Shown here one piece after another: positions 32,472 through 42,783 of a DNA stretch of 64,000 nt. This stretch comes from Ostreococcus lucimarinus (lineage: Eukaryota): the NCBI GenBank assembly GCA_000092065.1, contig CP000581.1. One strand, written 5' to 3'. The translations under genes and the position numbers were made by a program. The first letter of the stretch is position 1, and each line of letters starts with the position of its first letter. The notes beneath the pieces are model-generated. The model was not told where the DNA came from, did not search any database, and saw only the letters and a list, made by a program, of their open reading frames with translations.

Positions 32472-32740
32472 GGCGCGGCACTGTGCGGCGATGCCGACGC
32501 CGGCGAACGACCGCGACGTCGTGCGCGTGCGCGCGACGCCGCGCTCGAGCGGGTGCGACGTCGTCCGGTGGAGCGCGTGCGGAGACATCGCGTGCGCGGC
32601 GCGGCGCGGCGCGGTGGTCGCGGTGCGCGCGACGCGACGCTCGAGACGGAACGCGAACGAAGCGAATCGACCAAAGACTGACGACGCGCGCCGACGACGA
32701 CGACGCGCAGCGGGATGGATTCGACGCGACGGAGCCGGGG

Positions 32741-35062
32741 ATGGAGTGCGCGACGTTCGATGCGTCGCGCGAGGGAAACGCGCGAGCGTCGGAGGCGCTG
32801 AGACACGGATTGGAGGCGGCGAAGAGCGCGCGGCGGTTGGACGCGAGCGGGACGACGACGCACCGGTTCGGGGAGACGCGCGCGGGAGGAAACGATGGCG
32901 CGAACGCGGAGAAAAGCGCGCGGGCGCTCGATTGGTCCGCGGTGGGGGCGATGGGGTGCGGCGAACGGTGCGCGCTGGCGATGTGCGCGACGGATGGGAC
33001 GTGCGAGGCGTTCGCGCCGCCGGAGACGGAGGCGACGAGCGCGTGGAGGCGAGCGGTTCGTTTGAGCGACGCGTGGGGCGACGCGTGCGCGAGCGATGGG
33101 TACGCGCGAGCGCGCGATGACGTCGTGGGCGTCGTCGCCGAGGTAGGGCTAGAGGTGAAGCGGGATGAGGATTGTTTCGAGCGCGCGGCGGAAGTCGCCG
33201 CGAGACGCGCCGCTGAAGACGCGAGCGGCTCGGATGCGAAGCGAGTGAAGGAAGAAGATCCGAAACCGATGGATTCGACGACGGTCGACGGCGACGAAAT
33301 TTACGTATACGGCGCGCTTCGTCAGGGCGTGGGCGTGGAAGTGTCTTCTAGCGCGGACGTGGCGCCAGAGCTTTGGCGCGTCGGCTCCGTCGTTTCGGCA
33401 AACTTCAACGCCGCGCCGCGAGCGCGCGTAGAATACGACGACGACAAGGTGCGCGGGGAGTTTTTAGTATGGGCAAATGAAGACGTCTGGGGGAGTGGTG
33501 TCGCAACGATTCCCGCGCAGGATCGATTCGCCGTGCGCAAGGTGCGACCGACGAGGATGACGTGCGTCGCGCGGCCGGTTCCGCCTCGCGACGATGTGCG
33601 AGCGAGCGATTTACGCGCCGGCGAAATCATCGAGGTCATGCACGAAATTCCGTCCACATGGCGGTTAGCGCAGGTGATCAAGGTTGGGAAGGACGTCACG
33701 GTGAAGTTTAGTCTCGCGAAAAATTCCGCCGAAGCGCTCGTGCCCGTGAGCGCGTGTCGTCGTCGGCGAACGTGGACCGGCGTTCGCGGCGGATGGATCG
33801 CCGCGAAGGACGACGTACGCTTACCGCTGCGCGCATTCGAGTACGAAAAGAATGACGAGACGGCGATGGGAGGCGATGAAGTCGAAATGGTCGATACACC
33901 GCAGGTTGCCATAGGCGACGACGCAAAGCAAACGCGCGTGGCGATGGATGAGTTTTTTCGTTTGCGAACTTCGGAAAAGACGTATAACGGATCCGCGAAA
34001 TTTGACGACGAAGACGCTCGCTTGTGCGAACGGATTTTCGACTCGGTGGGTTTATCGACACGCGCGCGACGCGACGCAAAGGTGGAAATACGTAAGCTCT
34101 TGACGACGACTCCTGAGGTCGACCCCGGGTTTGAACTGCCGAAATCATCGAAGACGCACGTGCACGTGCAGTTGACGTACGACGACGCTCCGATGCTCAA
34201 AGCCGAGCTTTTGCAGTTCATGTCTTGCGCGTGGATGGCGATACCGTGCGCCGATGGTGCCACGCTAACGTACCATCACATGCTCGCGTGCGGTACAAAA
34301 AGTGGCCATGTCGTCATTTTTCTCGTCGGCGACGACGCGACGGTGCGCATCGTCGCGACGCGGCGAGTCGCGGCAAAAGCCTGGATCACGAGTTTGGCGT
34401 GCAGTAAAGATGATTCAACGAAAGAAATCACGCTTTTCATCGGATGCAGCGACGGCGCGATCGTACGCGCCACAGGTGACGTCACCGCCGCGCAAATCGC
34501 GCTGGCGCGCACCCCAGTCGTCGACGAATGCGACTTGTTTGCGACGTTCGCCGTGCTCGATCCCGCCGACGGCTGTGCGGTGACGTGCATGTCTGCTTCT
34601 GGCGGCTGTCTCATCGCGGGTAAGACGAATGGTGACATCTTCGCGTGCGATTTCAGGCGACCGAATAGAGCGCGGAAACGCCGTGTGTCGCTCGAACCAA
34701 TCGCCGGCGCGTGCTGGTCGCGCGACGCCGCCACCGGCGCCTCGCTCGCGCACGTCGTGAGCGGCGCCACCCATCTCATCCTCGACGTTTTTCACGACAG
34801 CCGAGACGACGCGAACGCGGTTTTCATCGCCACTCGCGCCGACCTTCCCTCGCAGTCCAGCGTCGGCGATCGTCGCAAGCGCGTCGACGCCGTCCGCGCC
34901 GTGGAAGCTTCCTTCGGCGCCGCCGCGTCGCCCGCCGCCGATGCCGTCGCTCGATGCGACGCCTACGTTCGCGTCGACGCTCTTCGCACGAAGGACAGTT
35001 TTTTTGAAGCGAAATTCTGGCGAGGCGAAATCGTGCGCACGCGCGGCGGCGCGGCGGCGTAG
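32741..35062 (+). CDS. Hypothetical protein (N-terminal Tudor/Agenet-like segments, C-terminal beta-propeller-like region)
   Basis: The ORF in the track begins with GTG at 32483; the first ATG is at 32741. The Tudor/Agenet-like call is tentative, from segments GEIIEVMHEIPSTWRLAQVIKVGKDVTVKF and VGSVVSANFNAAPRARVEYDDDKVRGEFLVW. Confidence 0.4.
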   Translation: MECATFDASREGNARASEALRHGLEAAKSARRLDASGTTTHRFGETRAGGNDGANAEKSARALDWSAVGAMGCGERCALAMCATDGTCEAFAPPETEATSAWRRAVRLSDAWGDACASDGYARARDDVVGVVAEVGLEVKRDEDCFERAAEVAARRAAEDASGSDAKRVKEEDPKPMDSTTVDGDEIYVYGALRQGVGVEVSSSADVAPELWRVGSVVSANFNAAPRARVEYDDDKVRGEFLVWANEDVWGSGVATIPAQDRFAVRKVRPTRMTCVARPVPPRDDVRASDLRAGEIIEVMHEIPSTWRLAQVIKVGKDVTVKFSLAKNSAEALVPVSACRRRRTWTGVRGGWIAAKDDVRLPLRAFEYEKNDETAMGGDEVEMVDTPQVAIGDDAKQTRVAMDEFFRLRTSEKTYNGSAKFDDEDARLCERIFDSVGLSTRARRDAKVEIRKLLTTTPEVDPGFELPKSSKTHVHVQLTYDDAPMLKAELLQFMSCAWMAIPCADGATLTYHHMLACGTKSGHVVIFLVGDDATVRIVATRRVAAKAWITSLACSKDDSTKEITLFIGCSDGAIVRATGDVTAAQIALARTPVVDECDLFATFAVLDPADGCAVTCMSASGGCLIAGKTNGDIFACDFRRPNRARKRRVSLEPIAGACWSRDAATGASLAHVVSGATHLILDVFHDSRDDANAVFIATRADLPSQSSVGDRRKRVDAVRAVEASFGAAASPAADAVARCDAYVRVDALRTKDSFFEAKFWRGEIVRTRGGAAA

Positions 35063-35146
35063 CGAATGTTAGACACTCGGCGCTCTGTAGAGAAACAGAA
35101 ATGTTCCACCGCACACGCCCGCGCGCGCGCGCCGCGACCGCGCGCG

Positions 35147-36253
35147 ATGCCGCGCGAAAACGACGACGTCAACACCGCCGACGCCTCGCCGAGCGCGGCC
35201 GCGTTCTTCGCCGACGACGAGCGCTACGTCCCGCGCGCGGCGTTGCTTCGCGCGTCACGAATTGGCGAGCGTTTGCGCGCCACGTGGAGCGCGCGGCGCA
35301 TCGCGGGCGACGCCGCGCCCGAAACCATCGTCGTCGTCACCTCCGGTGGCACCACCGCGCCGCTGGAGCGGGCGCAGGTGCGGTGCGTGGATAATTTCAG
35401 CAGCGGCGCGCGCGGGGCGAGGTTGGTGGAGGAACTGTTGCGAAGAGGCGACTGCGACGTGGTGATGCTGCAGCGCGAGGGATCGTGCGCGCCGCACGAG
35501 CGCATGGTGAATGAATCACTGGTGAATGATTCGCGCGCGCGCGAAATTGGGCGCGCGCCGCACGCGTTGGATGCGTTTGAGATGGTGAAAGATGGCGCCG
35601 CCGACGAATTTCTGGGCGCGACGCGCATTCGCGCTCGGGACGCGGGCGGGACGAATAGTTGTGGTGTGTTGACTCAAGCGCTTCGTGGTGTCGAGGCAGA
35701 GTCCGAGAGGTTGATCGTGGTGCGATTTAAGACGTTATATGAGTATTTAACTTCGCTTAAGGCGACGTGCGAGGCGGTCGGGGACGAGGCGAAGGCGCGC
35801 GGCGGACGCGCCGTCGTCGTCCTCGCGGCGGCGGTGAGCGATTTTTACGTTCCGTGGTGCGATTTACCCGAACATAAGATTCAAAGCTCGGCGCACAGTG
35901 CGGCTGGGTTAGAGCTGACGCTGAAACCGGTGCCCAAGATGCTCGGGATGATCAAACACGAGTGGTGTCCCGAGGCTTTCGCCGTAGGCTTCAAGCTCGA
36001 AACCGACGTCGATTTACTCGCCGACAAGGCGCGCAAATCCCTCGAACGCTACCGTCTGGACGCCGTCGTCGCCAACGAGCTCACGACACGTTACGACTAC
36101 GTCACCGTATTCGCCGCCGACGGTTCGTCCAAGAAACTCGAGCGCGACCCGAATCCGCGACCGCCGACTTTGGGTCTCGGCTACGGCGCCGCGTCGCTCG
36201 ACGGTCAAATCGTCGACGAACTCTTGCGTTTAGCCACCGCGCGACATCCGTAA
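35147..36253 (+). CDS. PPCS: Phosphopantothenoylcysteine synthetase (CoaB, DFP domain)
   Basis: [13 protein letters not shown]...[14 protein letters not shown] and AVSDFYVP match PPCS. The ORF in the track starts at 35066, 3 nt after the upstream gene stop, so the start is placed at the next Met (MPRENDD). Confidence 0.7.
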   Translation: MPRENDDVNTADASPSAAAFFADDERYVPRAALLRASRIGERLRATWSARRIAGDAAPETIVVVTSGGTTAPLERAQVRCVDNFSSGARGARLVEELLRRGDCDVVMLQREGSCAPHERMVNESLVNDSRAREIGRAPHALDAFEMVKDGAADEFLGATRIRARDAGGTNSCGVLTQALRGVEAESERLIVVRFKTLYEYLTSLKATCEAVGDEAKARGGRAVVVLAAAVSDFYVPWCDLPEHKIQSSAHSAAGLELTLKPVPKMLGMIKHEWCPEAFAVGFKLETDVDLLADKARKSLERYRLDAVVANELTTRYDYVTVFAADGSSKKLERDPNPRPPTLGLGYGAASLDGQIVDELLRLATARHP

Positions 36254-36404
36254 AACGACGTCCACGGCGCGTTTCAAACATTCCGGTCACGCGTCGTTCC
36301 ATCCTTCCGCTCGATCGCCGTCATCGACCCCCATCGTCGCTCGCTCGCCTCGCCGCTCGCCGCGCCGCGTCCGCACAAACCGTCGCCCGTTCGCGACGAT
36401 CGCG

Positions 36405-38175
36405 ATGACCGCGTCGAGCATGGACGTCGACGCCGACGCGTCGACCAAAGAAAACGTCGAACCGAGCGACGCGAACGCGCGTCGCGCGGACGTCGCGCAC
36501 CGGGTACGCGTCGTCGACGGTGCACGCGACGCGACGTCGCGTCGTCGAGATCGATCGCGACGCGCGGCGCGTCGTCGTCGAACGCTTTTCGATCGAGCGC
36601 GCGCGATGACGGCGGACTGACGACGCGTTCGACGGACACAGCTCGCGGGATGCGTGCGCGACGTGCAGAAATCGGTAGAGGCGAAGGGCGAGGCGAGATT
36701 CGTCGCGAGAGCGCTGCGAGAGGTGCGAGACGGCGACGCGCGAGGCGAGGCGAGGCGAAGACGCGAGGCGGACGCGGAAGAAACGACCGAGCGATGACTG
36801 ACGGTGCGCGCGCGCGCGGTGGATGACGTAGACGGCGATGGTGCGACGAGAGCTCACGAGCGAGAACGTGCGCGCGTTCGTGGGCGCGGTTTTGCCGGAG
36901 GAGAGCGCGGCGCGAGCGGCGCTCTTGGCTCGATGCGAGACCAAAGCGGCGGGAAGACAGACGAGAGGGAAGAGCGCGGGGACGAAGGGCAAGGGCGGCG
37001 AAAGCGATGATGCGGTGGTAGACTTAAGCGACGTTGCGCCGTGTGCGCTTCCAGAGGCGGAGGTGTACGCGTACTTGGTAGTTTTGATGCACTTGATTGA
37101 CGGCGAGCGAGGCGAGGACGCGCTCGAGTGCGCGCGAGAGGCGGTCGATAGAATCAAGCAGTTTAACCGTCGATCGATGGATGTGCTCGCGGCGAGAGTG
37201 TACTTTTACTACTCACTCGCGTACGAGAGATTTGGATCGCTCGAAGACGCGCGCGCGACGCTTCTGGCGCTGTATCGGACGTCGGCGCTGCGCCTGGACG
37301 AAATCGGCCAAGAAACTTTGGTCAACTTGCTGTTGCGCAACTACTTGCACTACAACCTTTACGACCACGCGGAAAAGCTTCGATCGAGGGTGACGCTGCC
37401 GCAATCGCGATCGATTCAACAGCAGTGCCGTTACGCGTACTACCTCGGTCGCATTCGCGCCGTGCAGTTGGAATACAGCGAGGCGAAGGAGTACCTGACG
37501 CAGGCGTACCAAAAAGCGCCGACGGGGGCGAAGGGGTTCCGTCTCGAGCTGTTGAAGTGGATCACCATCGTTCGAATGCTTTTGGGAGAGATTCCCGAGC
37601 GAAAGGAGCTGACTCAGCCGGAGATGCGCGCGGCCTTGGCACCGTATTTCGATCTCGTCCAGGCGGTGCGCATGGGCGACTTGACCGCGTTTCAACGCGC
37701 GGCGGAGACGCACGGGACGACGTTTACCGAAGACAAGTTGTCCAACTTGATCAACCGCTTGCGCGCGAATGTCATTCGAACCGGGCTCACGCGTATTAAC
37801 ACTGCGTACTCCAAGATTTCCCTCGCCGACGTGGCCGAGAAGCTCGGTTTGCCGAGCGTGGAGGACGCGGAATCCGTCGTCGCGAAGGCGATTCGCGACG
37901 GCAACGTCGACGCCGTCATCGATCATTCGGCCAAGGTGATGTATAGTAAGGAGACCACAGACGTCTACAGCACGCAAGAACCGCAAAGTGCGTTCCACGT
38001 GCGCATCGCGTTTTGCTTGGACACGCACAACGAAGCCGTCAAGGCGATGCGTTACCCGCCCAAGGAGAAGGCGAAAACCGCCGACGCGCTCGCGTCGCGC
38101 GGCGTCGACAACGACGCCTCAGGATTAGATCTCGCGGATTTCGACGACGACTACGACGATATGGACTTCTTCTAG
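36405..38175 (+). CDS. RPN3: 26S proteasome regulatory subunit RPN3/PSMD3 (two exons: 36405..36503 and 36832..38175)
   Basis: PCI domain with LLRNYLHYNLYDHAEKL and an acidic C-terminus that align along RPN3. A separate 71-aa ORF upstream begins MTASSMDVDADASTKEN, matching the conserved RPN3 N-terminus (Arabidopsis MTQDVEMKDN, yeast MMDVD), which implies a 5' exon. Confidence 0.75.
36504..36831 (+). other. Inferred intron (328 nt) in RPN3
   Basis: Donor CGG|GTACGC. The acceptor is gacgtag|ACG, where the in-frame TAG at 36829-36831 limits how far 5' exon 2 can extend. Phase 0; exact sites are less certain than for the other introns. Confidence 0.5.
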
Positions 38176-38229
38176 ACTCTCTAACGATTTAATTACCAAC
38201 ACCGACGCGCGACGTGCGAAAAAACGCCC

Positions 38230-38733
38230 TCACTTCCGTCCCTTCTTCCCCTTCTTGCCGGAGCGCGCCTTCTCCGCTTTCTTCCCCTGCCCCGGCGCCG
38301 GCCCCGCCGCGCCCGCCACCTGCTTCAGGTATTCCTCGAACACCCTGTGTTGCGTCATAAACCTCGGATTCGTCCCCGGCTTCCCGTTTTCTCCTCGCTC
38401 CGGGTGCGCCTTGACCGCCGCCGCGATCGCCCGCAGCAGCTTCCCTCGCGTGTTCAGTTCCTCCCTCACGAAGCTCCCGTCGTCTCGCTTCCACTCCACG
38501 CGCACGCGTCCGCGGCACCAAAAATCTCTCGAGTACGCCTTATCCTCCAGCTCGCACCGCATCCCGAGCGCGCGCTCGCACGCGTCCGCCACCTCGAGCG
38601 CGTGCGGGTGCTCGACCGCGTCCTCGCGCGCGATGCGCCGTCCCTTCGCCACCGACCGCGCGGCGTCGATGTACGGCGGGTACACGACGACGCGCTCGTC
38701 GTGCTTCCAGATCATCGGCGCCTTGCTCGCCAT
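38230..38733 (-). CDS. SRP19: Signal recognition particle 19 kDa protein
   Basis: VVVYPPYIDAARSVAKGRRIAREDAVEHPHALEVADACERALGM...RGRVRVEWKRDDGSF and a Lys-rich tail match human SRP19. Confidence 0.8.
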   Translation of the reverse strand: MASKAPMIWKHDERVVVYPPYIDAARSVAKGRRIAREDAVEHPHALEVADACERALGMRCELEDKAYSRDFWCRGRVRVEWKRDDGSFVREELNTRGKLLRAIAAAVKAHPERGENGKPGTNPRFMTQHRVFEEYLKQVAGAAGPAPGQGKKAEKARSGKKGKKGRK

Positions 38734-38819
38734 GGCGTCGCGCGCGGGCGTTCGGAGCGCGCCGCACTGTGCGGCCGGGACGCCGACCGGATGGCGCCCG
38801 CGTCGCGCGCGAGCCGTCG

Positions 38820-39773
38820 ATGACGCGCGCGTCCGACGCGCCGGACGCGTCGGCGCCTCGGCGCTCGCGCGCGGACGACGCCGTCGCCGGCGTCGTCGCC
38901 GGCGCGGCGTGCGTCGCGGCGGGACATCCGTTCGACACGGTGAAAGTGTTCGTGCAAAAGAACCGCGGACACACGACTGGAAGCGCCATCGCGGCGCTGT
39001 ACCGCGCGCGAGGCGCGCGAGGACTGTACGCGGGCGTCGCGGCGCCCCTGGTCGGGGCGTCGCTCGAGACGGGGGCGAACTACGCGTGCTTTCACGAGGC
39101 GCGCGAGGCGGCGCTCGCGGGCGCGAGCGGCGCGGGCGCGGGCGCGCGGTTGGCGGCGAGCGCGTTCGCGGGCGCCCTCGCGGGAGGGCTCATGACCCCA
39201 TTTCTGACGCCGTTCGAGCTGGTGAAGTGTCGAGCGCAGGTCGGGGACGGAGGCGGGAGCGCGCGGGCGGTGGCGCTCGACGTCTGGCGAACGCGCGGCG
39301 CGCTCGGATTGTTTCGCGGCGTCTCGCACACCGCGGCGCGCGAGATTCCGTCGGGAGCGGTGTATTTCGCGACGTATGAGATTTTCCGAACGATTTTCCC
39401 GCGCGCGCGCGGCGCGAGCGACGTCGGCGGCGACGTGACGCGCGCCGCGTTCGAGACGCGAGACGCGCGGGGCTTGCTCGTCGAGGCGCTCGCCGCGGCT
39501 TCGTGTGGCGGCGCCGCGGGCGTCGTCACCTGGCTCATCGTCCTTCCGTTGGATAACGCGAAGACTATTTACCAGTGCGAGCGTCCCGGCGGCGCGCGCG
39601 ACTTACCGCCGCTGGCGCTCCTTCGCGCTTTGGTCGCCGAGCGCGGCGTCTCCGGGCTCTGGCGCGGCGCCGCGCCCGTCGTCGCGCGCGCGTTTCCCGC
39701 CAACGCCGCGCAGTGGCTCGCGTGGGAGTTCGCGTCTCGCGCTCTGCGCGCCGACCGGCTCGAGCGCTCGTAG
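38820..39773 (+). CDS. Mitochondrial carrier family protein (carnitine/ornithine-carrier-like)
   Basis: Three-repeat MCF architecture with a GHPFDTVKV signature. The ORF in the track begins with GTG at 38769; the ATG is at 38820, 86 bp from the divergent SRP19 start. Confidence 0.7.
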   Translation: MTRASDAPDASAPRRSRADDAVAGVVAGAACVAAGHPFDTVKVFVQKNRGHTTGSAIAALYRARGARGLYAGVAAPLVGASLETGANYACFHEAREAALAGASGAGAGARLAASAFAGALAGGLMTPFLTPFELVKCRAQVGDGGGSARAVALDVWRTRGALGLFRGVSHTAAREIPSGAVYFATYEIFRTIFPRARGASDVGGDVTRAAFETRDARGLLVEALAAASCGGAAGVVTWLIVLPLDNAKTIYQCERPGGARDLPPLALLRALVAERGVSGLWRGAAPVVARAFPANAAQWLAWEFASRALRADRLERS

Positions 39774-39896
39774 CTCGCTCGCAGTTCCGATCGTCGCGCC
39801 GGATCGGGCGCCCGTCCTCGTCGCGCGCGCCGACCGCCGACTTTCGTCGGGGGAACTTAAATCGCCAATTCATCATTCGCCGCACACGTCGACGCC

Positions 39897-40184
39897 ATGT
39901 CCGCGCCCTCGCCCGCGCGCGACGCCGACGACGCGCGCTCGCCCGTCGCCGTGACGCCCGAACCGACGACGACGTCGCGCGACGCCGCCGCCGACGACGC
40001 CGACGACGCGCGCGCGCGAACGCCGACGACGCTCGCGGCGAGTTTCGACGCGATGACGCTGCGCGATCGCACGAACGACGCGACGACGAGGGAAACGAAA
40101 CACGCGCGCGCGTCGTCGCTCGGCGGGAAGAGGTGCGCGATCGATCGCGACGGGACACGACGACGCGCGATGATTGATGATTGA
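39897..40184 (+). CDS. Hypothetical small ORF, possibly the first exon of an unrecognised gene
   Basis: 95-aa ORF ending inside a (TGAT/TGAA)n microsatellite. A second small ORF at 40205..40429 could be a downstream exon. No homology recognised. Confidence 0.15.
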   Translation: MSAPSPARDADDARSPVAVTPEPTTTSRDAAADDADDARARTPTTLAASFDAMTLRDRTNDATTRETKHARASSLGGKRCAIDRDGTRRRAMIDD

Positions 40185-40214
40185 TGATGAATGATGAATG
40201 ATGAATGAATGATT
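40170..40214. repeat. (TGAT/TGAA)n microsatellite in the long non-coding region upstream of the K+ channel gene
   Basis: tgattgatgattgatgatgaatgatgaatgatgaatgaatgatt. A related cattcattcattcg / ttgaattcattgaattcat block lies at 40795-40840. Confidence 0.8.
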
Positions 40215-41126
40215 CGTCGACGACGCGCGCGGCGACTGACGACGACGCGCGAACGCCGGACAGATTCCACTCGCCCACGGACAGCGCGCTGAGCCCGGCG
40301 TCGAAATTCGTCGCGCGCAAGGCGCACCACGCGACGATCGCGATCGCGGATAAATCGCGCGCGGCGCCGCGTCCGGGCGTCGAAAACGCGAGCGAGGCGC
40401 CGCCGCGGTCGCGCTTCGCGCCCTCGTGATCGAACCGCCGCGACGGGCGCGGTCATTCTTTCCGACGCGTCGATCGATCGATCCGCGCGTCTTGTACATC
40501 ACACGCACATTATCTTTTCACGAGATCGCGTGATCGCGCCGTCGTCGTCCCGCGCGTCGGCGCCGCGCGCGTCCTCGCGTCTTCGCGTCTCGTCCGCGTC
40601 GACGCCGCGGGTTCGCTGTTTCCCCCGACGCGTTTCGATGGCGCCAGTCGATCGCGCGCGGCGCGTCGACGGCGAGCGTTCGGCGGACGCGCGCGCGGCG
40701 CGAACGCGAACGCGAACGCGAACGTCGAACGACGTCGACGTCGATCGCGACGTCGATCGCGACGCCGCGTCGCGCGCATTCGTTCAACGCGCGCGTGCAT
40801 TCATTCATTCGACGCGCGCGTTGAATTCATTGAATTCATCGCGAACGCGAACGCGACGCGATGCCGTACCTGGGCGGCGCGGTGGCGGCGAACGTGAACG
40901 ACGACGACGCGCTGGACGCGCGCCTGCACGCGAACGTCGCGATGCGACACGGCGGGGCGAGCCCGCTGAGGGTGGTGAAGTGCGTCGGCGAAGCGAAGCG
41001 CGCGAAGCGAAGGAAATCGAGCGAACGAAAGCGCGAAGCGACGCGACGACGCGAAGGGCGCGCGCGAGGTGACTGACGAGCGCACGTCGCGCGCGGTGTC
41101 GCAGGTTTCGAAGCGATCGGCGAGGG

Positions 41127-42668
41127 ATGCGAGCGAGAGGGCTGTGGACCAAGGTGCGAGTGGTGGTGATTCTCAATCAATTGCTCGGACGCGTGCGGCG
41201 GGGCGAGAAGTTTGAAAAGCTGCACGATAAGGATAAGCTTCTGATCGAGTTCGTGGGGGTGACGGGGAGGGATATTAGGGATGAGATTCGCCGCGTGCAG
41301 GAAAAGTTTAGCGCGCCGACGAAGAGAAAGACGCTGTTGGCTTTGACGCTCAGGCAAAAGGTTTATCTCGCGCTCACGGAGCCGTCGTCGGGAAGGCTGG
41401 CCTTGTCGATCAGTGCGTTGATGTTTACGTTGATTTTCGTGTCGATCAGCTCTTTCATCGCGAGTACAATGCCGGAGCACTCGGGGAAGGCGAGTTTGGA
41501 CATCATAGAGATGGTGTGTCAGCTGATCTTTTCTCTCGAGTACGCGCTGAAGATATGTTGCGCGCCAAAGCGGTGGATGGCGGTGAAGGACCCGCTCAAC
41601 TTGATCGACCTGGCGTCCATTATTCCGTGGTACGCCGAGATAGCGATTTCAGGCTTGCAATTTGGTTACGAGGGAGCGGAAAGCTCATCGTCGACATCCA
41701 GTGCGCGAGTTTTGCGAATCTTTAGACTGTTTCGCGTCATCAAGGTGTTCCGACTCGGTAGTCGGGCGAAGAAAATCCAAGTGGTCTTGATCGCCGTGCA
41801 AGACAGCGCGGACATGTTCGTCGTGCTAGGGTTTCTACTTGCTTTAGGACTGGTGATGTTCAGTGCGTTGATATACTTTGCCGAAAACGGACAAAGCCCG
41901 CCGACGAACGCGTGGGACGCCAACGAAGGCGACGAGTTTGATTCCATTCCGAGCGCGTTTTGGTGGTGCATGGTTACTTTGATGACCGTGGGCTACGGTG
42001 ATGCCGTGCCGACGACGATTTGGGGTAAATCTGTCGCGGCGATCACGATGTTAGGTTCCGTGGTGATCACCGCGCTCCCGATTTCTGTCATCGGCGCCAA
42101 CTTCACGCAGCAGTGGCTCGCGTTCAAGGCGAAGGAGCATCGCAAAGTTGTCAGGCTGAACATCAAAGATCATTCAGAGCTGCTGCTCAAAGAGATGTAC
42201 GCATACTCACAAGTGGTCAGCGCTTTGAGCGATCACATCAGCGCGATTCAGAACGCCATCATCCGCGAAGTTGGCGTCGTTCGCAAATTGCTCGACGACG
42301 TTCTGCAGATGGCGCCAACGTCTTCACAGGAGGAGGTCACGATACTTGCTCGCACGGTGGATTATCGTTTCAGCAAAATAGAAGACATGAAGGAGGAGCT
42401 AGAAGAATTAGTTGAGACTTATGACCTGGTGTCACACACGGAGTTTTCAGTTTCACTGCAAGAACTTAAGGCGATCGGGAACAAGATGCGAAAACTGGAG
42501 GAAACGGGCAGCTTGTTGGACGATGATGTAGAAACATTGGTGCAATCCACGTCGGCATTGCGCTCGCAGCTTGCCCGCGTGAAAGAAATTTTGGATCACA
42601 CGCGAAGCAACACTCCGATGACCAAGGCCGCGGAATTAGCGAGTGAGCCCGCACGGAGCGGGCTCTAG
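41127..42668 (+). CDS. Voltage-gated K+ channel (6TM Shaker/Kv-like)
   Basis: S4 voltage sensor RVLRIFRLFRVIKVFRLGSR, pore helix with selectivity filter MTVGYGD, S6, and a C-terminal coiled coil. Confidence 0.8.
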   Translation: MRARGLWTKVRVVVILNQLLGRVRRGEKFEKLHDKDKLLIEFVGVTGRDIRDEIRRVQEKFSAPTKRKTLLALTLRQKVYLALTEPSSGRLALSISALMFTLIFVSISSFIASTMPEHSGKASLDIIEMVCQLIFSLEYALKICCAPKRWMAVKDPLNLIDLASIIPWYAEIAISGLQFGYEGAESSSSTSSARVLRIFRLFRVIKVFRLGSRAKKIQVVLIAVQDSADMFVVLGFLLALGLVMFSALIYFAENGQSPPTNAWDANEGDEFDSIPSAFWWCMVTLMTVGYGDAVPTTIWGKSVAAITMLGSVVITALPISVIGANFTQQWLAFKAKEHRKVVRLNIKDHSELLLKEMYAYSQVVSALSDHISAIQNAIIREVGVVRKLLDDVLQMAPTSSQEEVTILARTVDYRFSKIEDMKEELEELVETYDLVSHTEFSVSLQELKAIGNKMRKLEETGSLLDDDVETLVQSTSALRSQLARVKEILDHTRSNTPMTKAAELASEPARSGL

Positions 42669-42783
42669 TCTAGGAAAGCGAGCGTGAGTGGCGTCGCCAG
42701 ATGGTCCGCGAGTTGAGAGATTGTGATGATTATCTACTACTTATAGCTAAAAACGTGCGCCGATATCCACGCATGGACTAAGC

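Noticed and set aside
35066-35146. PPCS start at the first ATG (35066)
   Set aside because: It lies only 3 nt after the upstream gene's stop codon and adds an Arg/Ala-rich extension. The next Met (35147) gives a conventional PPCS N-terminus. The earlier start cannot be excluded.
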